Notes: generated from the sequence alone by a model not told the origin. Counted from the first letter of the stretch, positions 28,081-37,410 are shown. The stretch: 64,000 nt of DNA from Thermoplasmata archaeon (GCA_020348445.1 CP070751.1:5049187-5113186); one strand, 5' to 3'. Program-made: numbers and translations.

Positions 28081-28206
28081 TGTAACCACATGTGGTCACA
28101 AGGTATTATTATAGAATATAACTTTTTTCTCAGAAATAGGAGGAAATATTTGAAAAAAAAGCATAAAAAAGCCCTTTTTCTCAGGGGGAGGAGGTGATAT
28201 GAAATG
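28081..28206 (+). promoter_or_regulatory. Palindromic operator, TATA box and double-SD leader (copy B)
   Basis: TGTAACCAC-AT-GTGGTCACA (28081-28100); the 126-bp block differs from copy A by only a few bases. Confidence 0.8.
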
Positions 28207-29433
28207 AGAAGAAAGATAGCCTATTTGATGGTCGTGGCTTTGGTTGCAATGGTGTTTTCTGCTGTGCCCATGTCCGTGAGCGCAACCTGGACTGGAGATG
28301 TCACAATCCTTTCAGACGGAACCGTTGTTCCAGCAGACGCGCCAATTCATGTTAATGGAATGAAATACACACTAACTGACGACATTCTCGGAAGTATTAC
28401 AATCCAGATGTCTAGCATAACATTGGATGGCGCCGGTCATACTCTAGAGGGTACTGGACTCGGTTATGGAATTTTCTTGTTTGGTTTGTCAGGTATAACA
28501 ATCAAGGATTTTATAGTCAAGAATTATGACATTGGCATCATCACGGTGTTTTGTGACACCAGCACCATAAAAGAAAACGAGGTCTCGGACTGTTATAACG
28601 CTGGCATCCACCTTTACGGTTCTAATGATAATACAATAAAGGAAAACAAATTGCATAACAACTTTTGGGAAGGTATCTGGCTTGAGGAGTCCAGCAATAA
28701 CATCATAAAAGATAACGAGGCCTGGAAAAACGGTGAAGCGGGTATTTGGCTTTGGTATTGGTGTGATAACAATGTCATAAAAGATAACAACCTTCATGAG
28801 AACGGTGATCCAACCTGGGGAGCTGGTGTCTTTCTGATGTACTATTGCGACAATAACCTAATAAGAGATAACGATGCTTCAAACAAAAACGGTGTCGGCA
28901 TCGCTCTATGGGGATCCGACGAAAACACTGTGAGCGAAAACACTATCTCACGCAATTTGGTGGGTGGTGTCTACGTATACTTCTGTACCGGTGGAAATAT
29001 AATAACAAAAAATACTATCAGTAACAATTATGCATTCGGACAAAATGGCATTCGTTTGTGGTCTTCCAGTGGAACTATCGTAAGCCAGAACACCATTTCG
29101 GGCAGCTATGGAGGTCTCCTTATCTACAAAAACCCCGAAGGAACAAGCAACTTGATCACAGAGAACACGATTCGTAACAATTACAAAGGCATTCAATTAA
29201 GTTACGATTCTTACGACAATCAAATCCACCACAATAATTTCATGAACAACGATATCCAAGCACAAGACCATGGGATAGGGAACCTATTTGACGATGGTTC
29301 AGAGGGCAACTTCTGGAGCGACTACAAGGGCAAGGACAATGATAAAGACGGCATTGGAGACACGCCCTATTTGACTGAAGGTGCAGCAGGTTCGCAGGAC
29401 AACTGTCCACTTATGAAACCCTGGAACTGGTAG
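28204..29433 (+). CDS. Secreted NosD-like right-handed parallel beta-helix protein (copy 1)
   Basis: Signal peptide; ITLDGAGHTLEG; GIxLxxSxxNxIxxN repeats; C-terminal GNFWSDYKGKDNDKDGIGDTPY...DNCPLMKPW. Confidence 0.88.
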   Translation: MRRKIAYLMVVALVAMVFSAVPMSVSATWTGDVTILSDGTVVPADAPIHVNGMKYTLTDDILGSITIQMSSITLDGAGHTLEGTGLGYGIFLFGLSGITIKDFIVKNYDIGIITVFCDTSTIKENEVSDCYNAGIHLYGSNDNTIKENKLHNNFWEGIWLEESSNNIIKDNEAWKNGEAGIWLWYWCDNNVIKDNNLHENGDPTWGAGVFLMYYCDNNLIRDNDASNKNGVGIALWGSDENTVSENTISRNLVGGVYVYFCTGGNIITKNTISNNYAFGQNGIRLWSSSGTIVSQNTISGSYGGLLIYKNPEGTSNLITENTIRNNYKGIQLSYDSYDNQIHHNNFMNNDIQAQDHGIGNLFDDGSEGNFWSDYKGKDNDKDGIGDTPYLTEGAAGSQDNCPLMKPWNW

Positions 29434-29586
29434 ATAGAATAAATACAAGACAACACAGAATATCGTTTACAGACCTATAATCCAAACCTTCTTCCTTTTT
29501 TTATTATGTCTTCGTATTTTCAATATCCTTCTTTCAACATTGAAAATTAAGTTGCATGATTGGGTTTCGGATGCAGAGATAAGACC

Positions 29587-29712
29587 ATGGAAACAGTGGA
29601 CCTTTCAGAGGAATACGAACAATTGTACCTCCTCTGCCTCGAAGACGGGCCAGATGAAATCAAAGAGGCAGGAGTCAACAAGGAACTTTAGTACAACAGG
29701 ATGAAGGATAAG
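29587..29712 (+). pseudogene. Decayed 5' fragment of the GNAT gene (38853) at a duplication junction
   Basis: METVDLSEEYEQLYLLCLEDGPDEIKEAGVNKEL*YNRMKDKG vs MEIVDLSEEHEQLYFLCLEDWSDEIKEAGEHKKLWYNRMKDKG; TGG->TAG at 29689-29691; the upstream intergenic DNA also matches 38745-38852. Confidence 0.85.
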
Positions 29713-30021
29713 GGCCCATACAGGCAAAGGGATACGAGGACCACAATTGGTGCAGCAGATGCGATCATAGTAGATTTCTGTAAGGGATATGAAGATGAGA
29801 ATCTTGCCATGTTGATGCTGCGGCAGGAGATCATAAGGGCGGGTATGGATATCAACCACCCTTCAAAGGAGAGCCTGGTCAGGCTAGTTGAATTTCTAGC
29901 AGATGCCGAAACTGAATATAAGGATAATAAAACCGTGATTCTGAATAGAAATAAAAGGTTGCTCCTGGCAAGGGGTGCCGTAAAAATGGGAACAAAAAGA
30001 AGAGTGAGAAGGGCTAGATGA
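29701..30021 (+). CDS. Stand-alone copy of the GTPase-1 C-terminal helical domain (106 aa)
   Basis: Matches the 3' part of GTPase 1 (about 24910-25223) with only two amino-acid changes; starts at a GNAT-derived Met codon. Confidence 0.65.
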   Translation: MKDKGPYRQRDTRTTIGAADAIIVDFCKGYEDENLAMLMLRQEIIRAGMDINHPSKESLVRLVEFLADAETEYKDNKTVILNRNKRLLLARGAVKMGTKRRVRRAR

Positions 30022-30230
30022 ACCTGCCTGTGATATAACAACCCTGCAAGAGCTAGTTTTTGTTCTAATCAAAGAAATATCTAAATATAATGTTGTTGAT
30101 TCATTTTATGATAGGAATATAGAGAATTTCATAGGAAGAGCAGGAAAATTGCGGTATATTTGAAAAATCATTAAATTAGAATATAATGGTGGGGGTAGAG
30201 GGATATTGGCGATGAGGAAGGTTTAATTAA

Positions 30231-33044
30231 ATGACAGCCATAGACTCACAAATTCCACTGGTAGATAGAATCCGTGAGCTTGGAGAACTCAAAGATCATT
30301 TACATAACGCGATGCAAGGCCAAGGGAACCTTTTATTCATCGCAGGCGAGGCTGGAGTGGGTAAAACCAGACTAGTTGAAGAGTTAAAGACTTATGCTCA
30401 ATCCCAGGGCGTCCAGATATTACAGGGCGGGTCCTTATATGAATCCCTCACTCCCTATATGCCATTTATCGAAGCTTTAAGATCAGCAAACCTAGATCAT
30501 TTATTTGCACGGGAAGACCCTCCAAAAGTAGAGTGCGTTTATCTGATAACAGATACGGGTCTATTGATTAAGGATGTGGCGCGTGAGGAATCCAAACTCG
30601 ATTCGACTATTTTCGCAGGTATGCTTACTGCCGTGGGGGACTTTGTGAAAGATTCTCTTAGCATGCTCAGCGGGGAGGAAAGGAAAGAGATGCTCGACAC
30701 TCTTGGTTATGAGAAATATCGTATTCTGATTGAGAGAGGAGCAAACACCAACCTCGCAATAATCTTAACCGGTAGAGAGAACGAGTTTTTAGTCAACGAT
30801 ATGAAGGAGGTTCTCGCCAACATTGACCAAGACTATGGTAATGTGCTAAAAGTTTGGGATGGTGATGACAACAGTGTCAAAGGAATCGAGAATGAATTAA
30901 AACCATTAATCACCTCTGGAAAATACGATGGTATTGATTACGCCAAAGACAATCCTCAAATCAAAAGGAATTTGTTATTCGAGAACATTTTACTGGGAAT
31001 TGAACGACATGCCAAAACCAATCCATCAATCCTCTGTATCGAGGATATGCAATGGGCAGATCCCTCTTCATTGGCACTAATGCATTATATTGCTAGGAAT
31101 ACAAGAAAATGCAACTTATTGATACTCGGAACCTATAGACCTGAGGATGTGAGTATTACAAGGGAAGAAAAGGTCCATCATTTAGTCGAAGCAATGCAGT
31201 TGATGAGCCGAGAGGATCTATATTCCAAGATTGAACTGGAAAGGTTGGAAGAGGTATATATTGATGAAATGCTTTCTTCACTATTGACGAAAACTGATTT
31301 TACTGATGAATTCATGAAACAAATGTATAAAGACACAGAGGGCAACCCGTTTTTCATAGTGGAACTTATTAGGATGTTGGTAGAGGAGGGAACAATTGAA
31401 AAGAAGGGTGATATCTGGATACTGACTAAAGATTTAAAAGACGTGCATATACCTTCGAAAGTAAACGTTGCCGTCAATCGGAGACTGAATCGGGTGAAAG
31501 AAGAGGGGAGAGAAATTTTAGATATTGCAGCGGTGATCGGTGAAGAGTTCACATCAGCAATATTGGCAAAAGCGGCAAATCTTGAAAAAGTTCACTTATT
31601 GAAGCAATTAAGGATTTTGGAACAAAATCACAAACTGATCCGCTCTGTCGATACAAAATATAAATTTGACCATGCAAAGATCAAAGAAGTTACTTACAGT
31701 AAAATCCCCTTAGAATTGAAAATGGAATACCATGCATTAATTGCAAACGCTATCGAAATATTGAACGAGGACGATCTTGATAATGTAATCGGAGATCTGG
31801 CATTCCACTACTATCATTGCAAGAACAGGGAAAAGGCACTTCTCTATCTCATCAAAGCAGCAGAGAGGGCCAAGAAGGATTACTCAAATGAAGAGGCAAT
31901 ATTGTTCTATACCCAAGCTCAGGAACTCGAAGAGAATGCGCAGAAAAGAATGGAAATATTCGAGAGACTGGGAGAGGTTTATAATCTGATTGGAGATTAT
32001 GATAAGAGCTTGGAATCGTTCAATAGTGCCTTAGAATTGACTAAAGGAAATAAGAATAAGATAGCGGAGATTAAGGCAAATATTGGGAGAATCTACCGGA
32101 AAAAGGGAGAATATAATGAATCCATAAGGAAGTTAACAGAAGCCTTGGATTTAGTCAAAAATGAAGGAGGCAAAGAGGAAGCACTTGTCCTCGAAAAAAT
32201 CGGCATGACTTATCTTAGGAGAGGAGATTACAAAAGAGCCTTTGAGTACTTAGAGAAGAGCCTAGAGATAGGGGAAATAATCGGTGACCAGAAAGATATA
32301 GCAACTTGTCTCAAGAACATCGGTTGTATGTATTGGTCAAGAGGTGAACACGAAAAAGCTCTCAAGAACTTCGAGAAAAGCCTGAAGATACATGATAAGA
32401 TCGGCGACCAGCCAGGTATTCATGCCTGCCTCAACAACATCGGCGAAGTGCATCGTATTAAAGGAGAATACGAAAGAGCCCTAGAGTGGTTGGAGAAAAG
32501 CCTGAGGATAGGGGAGAAGATCGGCAACCAAATTGGTATTGGATTTAACCTCATCAACATCGGCAATGCGTACACCCAAATAGGAGAATATGATAAGGCA
32601 CTTAAGCACTTAGAGAAAGGCCTTAAGATAGGTAAGAAGATCGGTGCACAAACTGTCATTGCCGATGGCTACTGGGTTACGGCTGAAACATATCTGAAGA
32701 AAAGTGACATGAAAGGAGCATTAGATTTCTGCGATCGGGTATTCGATTTATCCAAAAAGACGGGTTCTAAGGAACATATCGCACACTCAAGGAGAATCTT
32801 TGGTGGTATCTATTGCGAGCAAAAGAAGTGGGAAGAATCAATTGAGAATTTCCAGGAGAGCTTAAAAATTTTTAATGAAATTGGAATGAAGAATGAATTA
32901 GGCAATGCCTACTATGAGTTCGGATTGATGTGGAAAGAAAAAGGAAACACCGAGAAGGCAAAAGAACATCTGAACAGTGCTCTTGATATTTTCGAGAAAT
33001 TGAATTTGGAGAAGCAAGCGGAAAAAGTAAGAAAGGAGTTATAA
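30231..33044 (+). CDS. STAND-class (AAA_16-like) ATPase with an inserted longin-like domain, winged helix and TPR array (copy 1)
   Basis: Walker A GEAGVGKT; Walker B ILCIEDMQWAD; GNPFF; LDIAAVIGEEF; KFDH; about ten TPRs; insert of about 135 aa at 30519-30920. Confidence 0.88.
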   Translation: MTAIDSQIPLVDRIRELGELKDHLHNAMQGQGNLLFIAGEAGVGKTRLVEELKTYAQSQGVQILQGGSLYESLTPYMPFIEALRSANLDHLFAREDPPKVECVYLITDTGLLIKDVAREESKLDSTIFAGMLTAVGDFVKDSLSMLSGEERKEMLDTLGYEKYRILIERGANTNLAIILTGRENEFLVNDMKEVLANIDQDYGNVLKVWDGDDNSVKGIENELKPLITSGKYDGIDYAKDNPQIKRNLLFENILLGIERHAKTNPSILCIEDMQWADPSSLALMHYIARNTRKCNLLILGTYRPEDVSITREEKVHHLVEAMQLMSREDLYSKIELERLEEVYIDEMLSSLLTKTDFTDEFMKQMYKDTEGNPFFIVELIRMLVEEGTIEKKGDIWILTKDLKDVHIPSKVNVAVNRRLNRVKEEGREILDIAAVIGEEFTSAILAKAANLEKVHLLKQLRILEQNHKLIRSVDTKYKFDHAKIKEVTYSKIPLELKMEYHALIANAIEILNEDDLDNVIGDLAFHYYHCKNREKALLYLIKAAERAKKDYSNEEAILFYTQAQELEENAQKRMEIFERLGEVYNLIGDYDKSLESFNSALELTKGNKNKIAEIKANIGRIYRKKGEYNESIRKLTEALDLVKNEGGKEEALVLEKIGMTYLRRGDYKRAFEYLEKSLEIGEIIGDQKDIATCLKNIGCMYWSRGEHEKALKNFEKSLKIHDKIGDQPGIHACLNNIGEVHRIKGEYERALEWLEKSLRIGEKIGNQIGIGFNLINIGNAYTQIGEYDKALKHLEKGLKIGKKIGAQTVIADGYWVTAETYLKKSDMKGALDFCDRVFDLSKKTGSKEHIAHSRRIFGGIYCEQKKWEESIENFQESLKIFNEIGMKNELGNAYYEFGLMWKEKGNTEKAKEHLNSALDIFEKLNLEKQAEKVRKEL

Positions 33045-33045
33045 A

Positions 33046-35856
33046 ATGGCAATCATTGATTCACATATACCATTAGTGGACAGAGTACTGGAGCTCGAAG
33101 AGCTGAAGACCCACCTCCACAACGCAACCAAGGGCCAAGGCAATCTTGTCTTCATCGCAGGCGAGGCTGGAGTGGGTAAAACCAGGTTGGTTGACGAGTT
33201 GAAAACCTATGCCCAATCTCAAGGTATCCAGATATTGCAGGGCTGGTCCTTATATGAATCCCTAACTCCCTACATGCCCTTTGTAGAAGCCTTGAGATCT
33301 GCAAATTTGGAACATCTGTTCTCACGGGAGGACCCTCCAAAAGTGGAGTGTGTATATCTTATAACGGACACTGGGTTATTGATAAAGGAAGTGCTGCGGG
33401 AGGAAACCAAACTAGATTCTACAATATTCGCAGGCATGCTTACAGCGGTCGGAGACTTCGTGAAGGATTCACTGACAATGCTCAGCGGGGAGGAAAAGAA
33501 TGAGGCACTCAATTCTCTTGGATATGAAAATTATCGGATTCTAATTGAAGTCGGTACGAATACAAATCTAGTTGTTATACTCACAGGAAAGGAAAACGAG
33601 TTTTTGATCAATGATATGAAAGAGGTTCTTGCTAACGTTGACCAGGAGTATGGAAATGTGCTAAAAGCCTGGGATGGTGATGACAATAGCGTTAGAGGAA
33701 TCGAGAATGTGTTAAAGCCACTAATCACCTCTGGAAAATATGACGGTATAGATTATGCAAAGGATGACCCAAAGATCAAGAGGAATAGATTATTTGAGAA
33801 CATCTCGTTAGGAATTGAAAGATACGCTAAAGTCAATCCTTCTATACTCTGCATTGAAGATTTGCAGTGGGCTGATCCTTCATCAATGGCACTCATGCAT
33901 TATGTAGCTCGAAATACACGAAAGTGCAATTTACTGATTCTTGGAACTTACAGACCTGAAGATGTTACTGCAATTAAGGAAGGGAAAGCACATCATTTGA
34001 TCGACGCAATGCAATTAATGAGCCGTGAGGATTTATATCAAATGATTGAATTGGAAAGGTTGGAAGAAGATCATATGGATGAGATGCTTACATCGCTTTT
34101 GGGCAAGACTGATTTCACAGATGAATTTAAGAAACAACTTTATAAAGAAACAGAAGGCAACCCATTTTTCATGGTATCACTCATCAGGATGTTGATTGAA
34201 GAAAAAACTATCGAGATGAAAGATGATGTTTGCACTCTCACGAAAGACTTAAAAGAAGTGCATATACCTTCGAAGGTGCACGATGTAATCATACGGAGAC
34301 TGAGTCGAGTGAAGGAAGAGAGGAGAGAAGTTTTAGATATTGCGGCGGTGATAGGTGAAGAGTTCACATCGACCTTATTGGCAAACACGACAAAACTCGA
34401 AAAAGTTCACTTGTTGAAGCAATTAAGAACCTTGGAACAAAGCCATAAACTGATTCGTTCATTCGGGCAAAAATACAAATTCGATCACGCAAAGATAAAA
34501 GAGATATTGTACCTCAAAATTCCCGAAGAATTGAGAATGGAATACCATACAATAATTGCAGATTCTATTGAAACCCTAAACAAGGACAATTTGGATGATA
34601 TGGTTGAAGACTTAGCATTTCACTACTATCATTGCAGGAACAGGGAAAAAGCCCTTCCATATCTCCTCAAAGCAGCGGAGAAGGCGAAAAAGGATTATTC
34701 AAATGAAGAGGCAATAAGGTTCTACAATGAAGCCCTGGAATTAGAAGAAGATGAACAGAAGAGGAGGGAAATATTCGAGGAAATAGGTGATATTTATGGG
34801 TTGATTGGAGATTATAATAAGAGCATAGAATCTTTAGAATGTGGACTGGAATTAGCTAGACAAAAGAATATAATAGCAGAAATCAAAGTGAAGATTGGTA
34901 GAATTTGTCAAAAAAAAGGAGAATACGACGATTCCATAAGAATAAGCACTGAGGCACTTGATTTGGTAAAAGGTGATGAATGCAAGGAGGAAGCGGAGGC
35001 TCTCGCTGCAATCGGTAATGTTTACCAATTCAAAGGAGAAAACGACAGAGCTCTCGAATATTTCAATAAGAGCTTGATGATAAGGGAGAAGATTGGAGAT
35101 CAAAAGGGAATTGCACGCATATTCAATGGTTTTGGTATATTACACGCAGATAAAGGGGAATACGACAACGCCCTTAAGGAATTCGAAAAGAGCTTAGAGA
35201 TAAAGAAAAAGATTGGTGACATACGGGAAATTGCCAAATCCTTCAACAATATCGGCCTTATGTACAATCTTACGGGAGACCTCGATAGAGCTCTGGGATA
35301 TTTCGAAAGGGGCTTAAAGATGCTTAAGAAGATTGGCGACTTGCGTTTAATTGGGGTCACCTTAAATAGTATTGGTGAAATGCATCTTATTAAAGAACAA
35401 TATGACGAAGCTATTAAAAATTATGAAAAGAGTATGGAGATTTGCGATAAGAATCAGATTAGAAGACCGGCAACTTACAATTATTGCGGACTTGCGGAGG
35501 CATATTATAAAAAAGGGAATCTTAAGAAAGCCTTTCATTTCTGTAATATGGCCTACGATTCATCCAAAGAGATTGGTGTCATGGAGAATGTTGCACACTC
35601 AAAGAGAATCTACGGCATGATCTATCGAGAGCAGAAGAAATGGGAGGAATCTATTGAGAATTTCGAGGATAGCATCAGAATTTTCAACGATATTAAAATG
35701 GAGAGGGGGTTGGGAAAATTGTATTACGAATATGGGTTGATGTGGAAGACTAAAGGGGATTCTGAGAAGGCAAAGGAGCATCTGAATAAAGCACTTAATA
35801 TCTACATGAAATTGAAGTTGGAAAAGCACGCGGAGAAGGTAAGAAAGGAGTTATAA
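33046..35856 (+). CDS. STAND-class ATPase with an inserted longin-like domain and TPR array (copy 2)
   Basis: Collinear paralog; GEAGVGKT, ILCIEDLQWAD, GNPFF; insert at about 33334-33735; 1-bp gap to both neighbours. Confidence 0.88.
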   Translation: MAIIDSHIPLVDRVLELEELKTHLHNATKGQGNLVFIAGEAGVGKTRLVDELKTYAQSQGIQILQGWSLYESLTPYMPFVEALRSANLEHLFSREDPPKVECVYLITDTGLLIKEVLREETKLDSTIFAGMLTAVGDFVKDSLTMLSGEEKNEALNSLGYENYRILIEVGTNTNLVVILTGKENEFLINDMKEVLANVDQEYGNVLKAWDGDDNSVRGIENVLKPLITSGKYDGIDYAKDDPKIKRNRLFENISLGIERYAKVNPSILCIEDLQWADPSSMALMHYVARNTRKCNLLILGTYRPEDVTAIKEGKAHHLIDAMQLMSREDLYQMIELERLEEDHMDEMLTSLLGKTDFTDEFKKQLYKETEGNPFFMVSLIRMLIEEKTIEMKDDVCTLTKDLKEVHIPSKVHDVIIRRLSRVKEERREVLDIAAVIGEEFTSTLLANTTKLEKVHLLKQLRTLEQSHKLIRSFGQKYKFDHAKIKEILYLKIPEELRMEYHTIIADSIETLNKDNLDDMVEDLAFHYYHCRNREKALPYLLKAAEKAKKDYSNEEAIRFYNEALELEEDEQKRREIFEEIGDIYGLIGDYNKSIESLECGLELARQKNIIAEIKVKIGRICQKKGEYDDSIRISTEALDLVKGDECKEEAEALAAIGNVYQFKGENDRALEYFNKSLMIREKIGDQKGIARIFNGFGILHADKGEYDNALKEFEKSLEIKKKIGDIREIAKSFNNIGLMYNLTGDLDRALGYFERGLKMLKKIGDLRLIGVTLNSIGEMHLIKEQYDEAIKNYEKSMEICDKNQIRRPATYNYCGLAEAYYKKGNLKKAFHFCNMAYDSSKEIGVMENVAHSKRIYGMIYREQKKWEESIENFEDSIRIFNDIKMERGLGKLYYEYGLMWKTKGDSEKAKEHLNKALNIYMKLKLEKHAEKVRKEL

Positions 35857-35857
35857 A

Positions 35858-36733
35858 ATGGCAATTAAAAAGAAAATCGTCCTTTTGGGCGATAGCGCTG
35901 TCGGCAAGACCAGTCTCATCCGAAGATACGTTTTCAACCAGTTCAAAGACTCCTACATCGCCACAATAGGAACCAAGATAACAAGAAAAGAGCTAAAAAT
36001 CCAAAGACCTCACCATTCTGTGGACCTCACCTTCGTGATATGGGATGTAATCGGTAGAGAAGGCTACCATGGCTTGCATGCCAGGACCTTTGCCGGAATA
36101 TCCGGTGCCATTCTGGTTGCTGACTTGACACGGAAGGAAACCTTAGAGAACCTGGAGCGATATTGGATTCCTCTTCTTCTCAAAGTCGTGGATAATGTCC
36201 CTTTAATTTTTGCTTGTAACAAATCCGATTTGGTAGGTGAGTACGAGTTTGAGCCAGAGGACATTACCAAGATGGCAGAAAGATACAACGGACGCATTGC
36301 ACGCATCCTCCCAAAAGGACTGTCTATCTCATATTCCACAAGTGCTAAGACAGGGAGCAATGTGGAACACACATTCGAAAGCCTTGGACACCTTCTGGTT
36401 TCCAGCTTCGATCTACAGGACCCCGTAAAGGAGCTTTACCAGAACGTGATTGCAATGGGCATTCACAGATCATCTGATAAGACAACGCCTATAGGAGCCC
36501 TTGATTCAATTATAATCGATTTCTGCGAGGGTTTTAAGGATTCCAGGATATCCATGATGATCCTGCGCCAGGAAATCGCAAGATCGGGTCTTGACATCAA
36601 CAATCCCACCAAAGCGGGAATTCTTACTGTGGTGGAATACCTAGCTGAAGCAGAGAACGAATTCAAGGATGAGAAGGAAGTTATTGATAACATGGAAAGA
36701 AGACTACAATGGGCTCAGGGTATAATTGAATGA
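35858..36733 (+). CDS. Rab/Ras-like small GTPase with a C-terminal helical domain (copy 3)
   Basis: GDSAVGKTS, YIATIG, WDVIGR, NKSD, TSAKTG; coupled to STAND copy 2 by TAA-A-ATG. Confidence 0.9.
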   Translation: MAIKKKIVLLGDSAVGKTSLIRRYVFNQFKDSYIATIGTKITRKELKIQRPHHSVDLTFVIWDVIGREGYHGLHARTFAGISGAILVADLTRKETLENLERYWIPLLLKVVDNVPLIFACNKSDLVGEYEFEPEDITKMAERYNGRIARILPKGLSISYSTSAKTGSNVEHTFESLGHLLVSSFDLQDPVKELYQNVIAMGIHRSSDKTTPIGALDSIIIDFCEGFKDSRISMMILRQEIARSGLDINNPTKAGILTVVEYLAEAENEFKDEKEVIDNMERRLQWAQGIIE

Positions 36734-36806
36734 ATCAGAAATGAGAATTTCGTGTGGATCTTTGCGGAGTTCATTCTGACTTTTTATCGTGGAATTTTTC
36801 GTAAAC

Positions 36807-36826
36807 CTGGGGTACATGTGGTCACA
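36807..36826 (+). promoter_or_regulatory. Degenerate copy of the palindromic operator upstream of the RHH gene
   Basis: CTGGGGTAC-AT-GTGGTCACA followed by AATAATTATAAG. Confidence 0.55.
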
Positions 36827-36936
36827 AATAATTATAAGAGTGCGGCACCAATTGATGGTTGTAAGAGAAATATTCTCGTTAATTTAGGTTCACATTATTA
36901 CCACCTTATAGAATTGGCGGTTTCGGAGAAGAACGA

Positions 36937-37128
36937 ATGACCCTAAAAGAGAGAAAGATAAAAACCCTTAAGATCAGGATCGAAACAGAGCTTCTGGAGC
37001 GTATCAAAGAGGAAGCTCAGAAACAGGATACAGATTTATCCACCTATGTAAGGTGGTGTCTTAGGACAGGGTTGTATCTGGAGGATCTGAGCCAATTTCT
37101 TCAATCGAGAATCGATGAGAACAGGTGA
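36937..37128 (+). CDS. Ribbon-helix-helix (CopG/Arc-like) DNA-binding protein
   Basis: KTLKIRI strand + ETELLERIKEEAQKQ helix + DLSTYVRWCL helix. Confidence 0.8.
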   Translation: MTLKERKIKTLKIRIETELLERIKEEAQKQDTDLSTYVRWCLRTGLYLEDLSQFLQSRIDENR

Positions 37129-37217
37129 AGGTTATTTGATTATAATTGTACCCTCTATAAGAATTTATAAGTTTTAATCGAGGCAATTTGGAAATTAAGG
37201 AAACTCTTTTTTTTAGC

Positions 37218-37410
37218 TGTGGCCACATGTGGGCACAGGAGATTATATATAATTATCGGATGGCGTGGCCACAAGGGTTTATTTCAGTTTATTTCAATTC
37301 ATTTTTCAGATGGAGGAAAAGACTTTGGAAAACAAAATAAAAAGTCAGAGCGTTTTTCTGAAGTTTGGATATAGCCCCTTATTCTCAGAGGGAGGAGGTG
37401 ATTCGAAATG
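37218..37410 (+). promoter_or_regulatory. Operator, TATA box and double-SD leader (copy C)
   Basis: TGTGGCCAC-AT-GTGGGCACA (37218-37237), TTATATAT, extra half-site GTGGCCACA (37265-37273); ends in TTCTCAGAGGGAGGAGGTGATTCGAAATG like copies A and B. Confidence 0.7.

Noticed and set aside
29689-29691. In-frame TAG as a pyrrolysine codon giving a GNAT-GTPase-tail fusion
   Set aside because: It aligns to TGG (Trp) in the intact paralog amid other non-synonymous decay, and no pyl genes are present in the window.
30231-35856. Classical Avs antiviral STAND system
   Set aside because: No nuclease, TIR, SIR2, protease or TM effector domain is visible. A defence role is not excluded but is unsupported.
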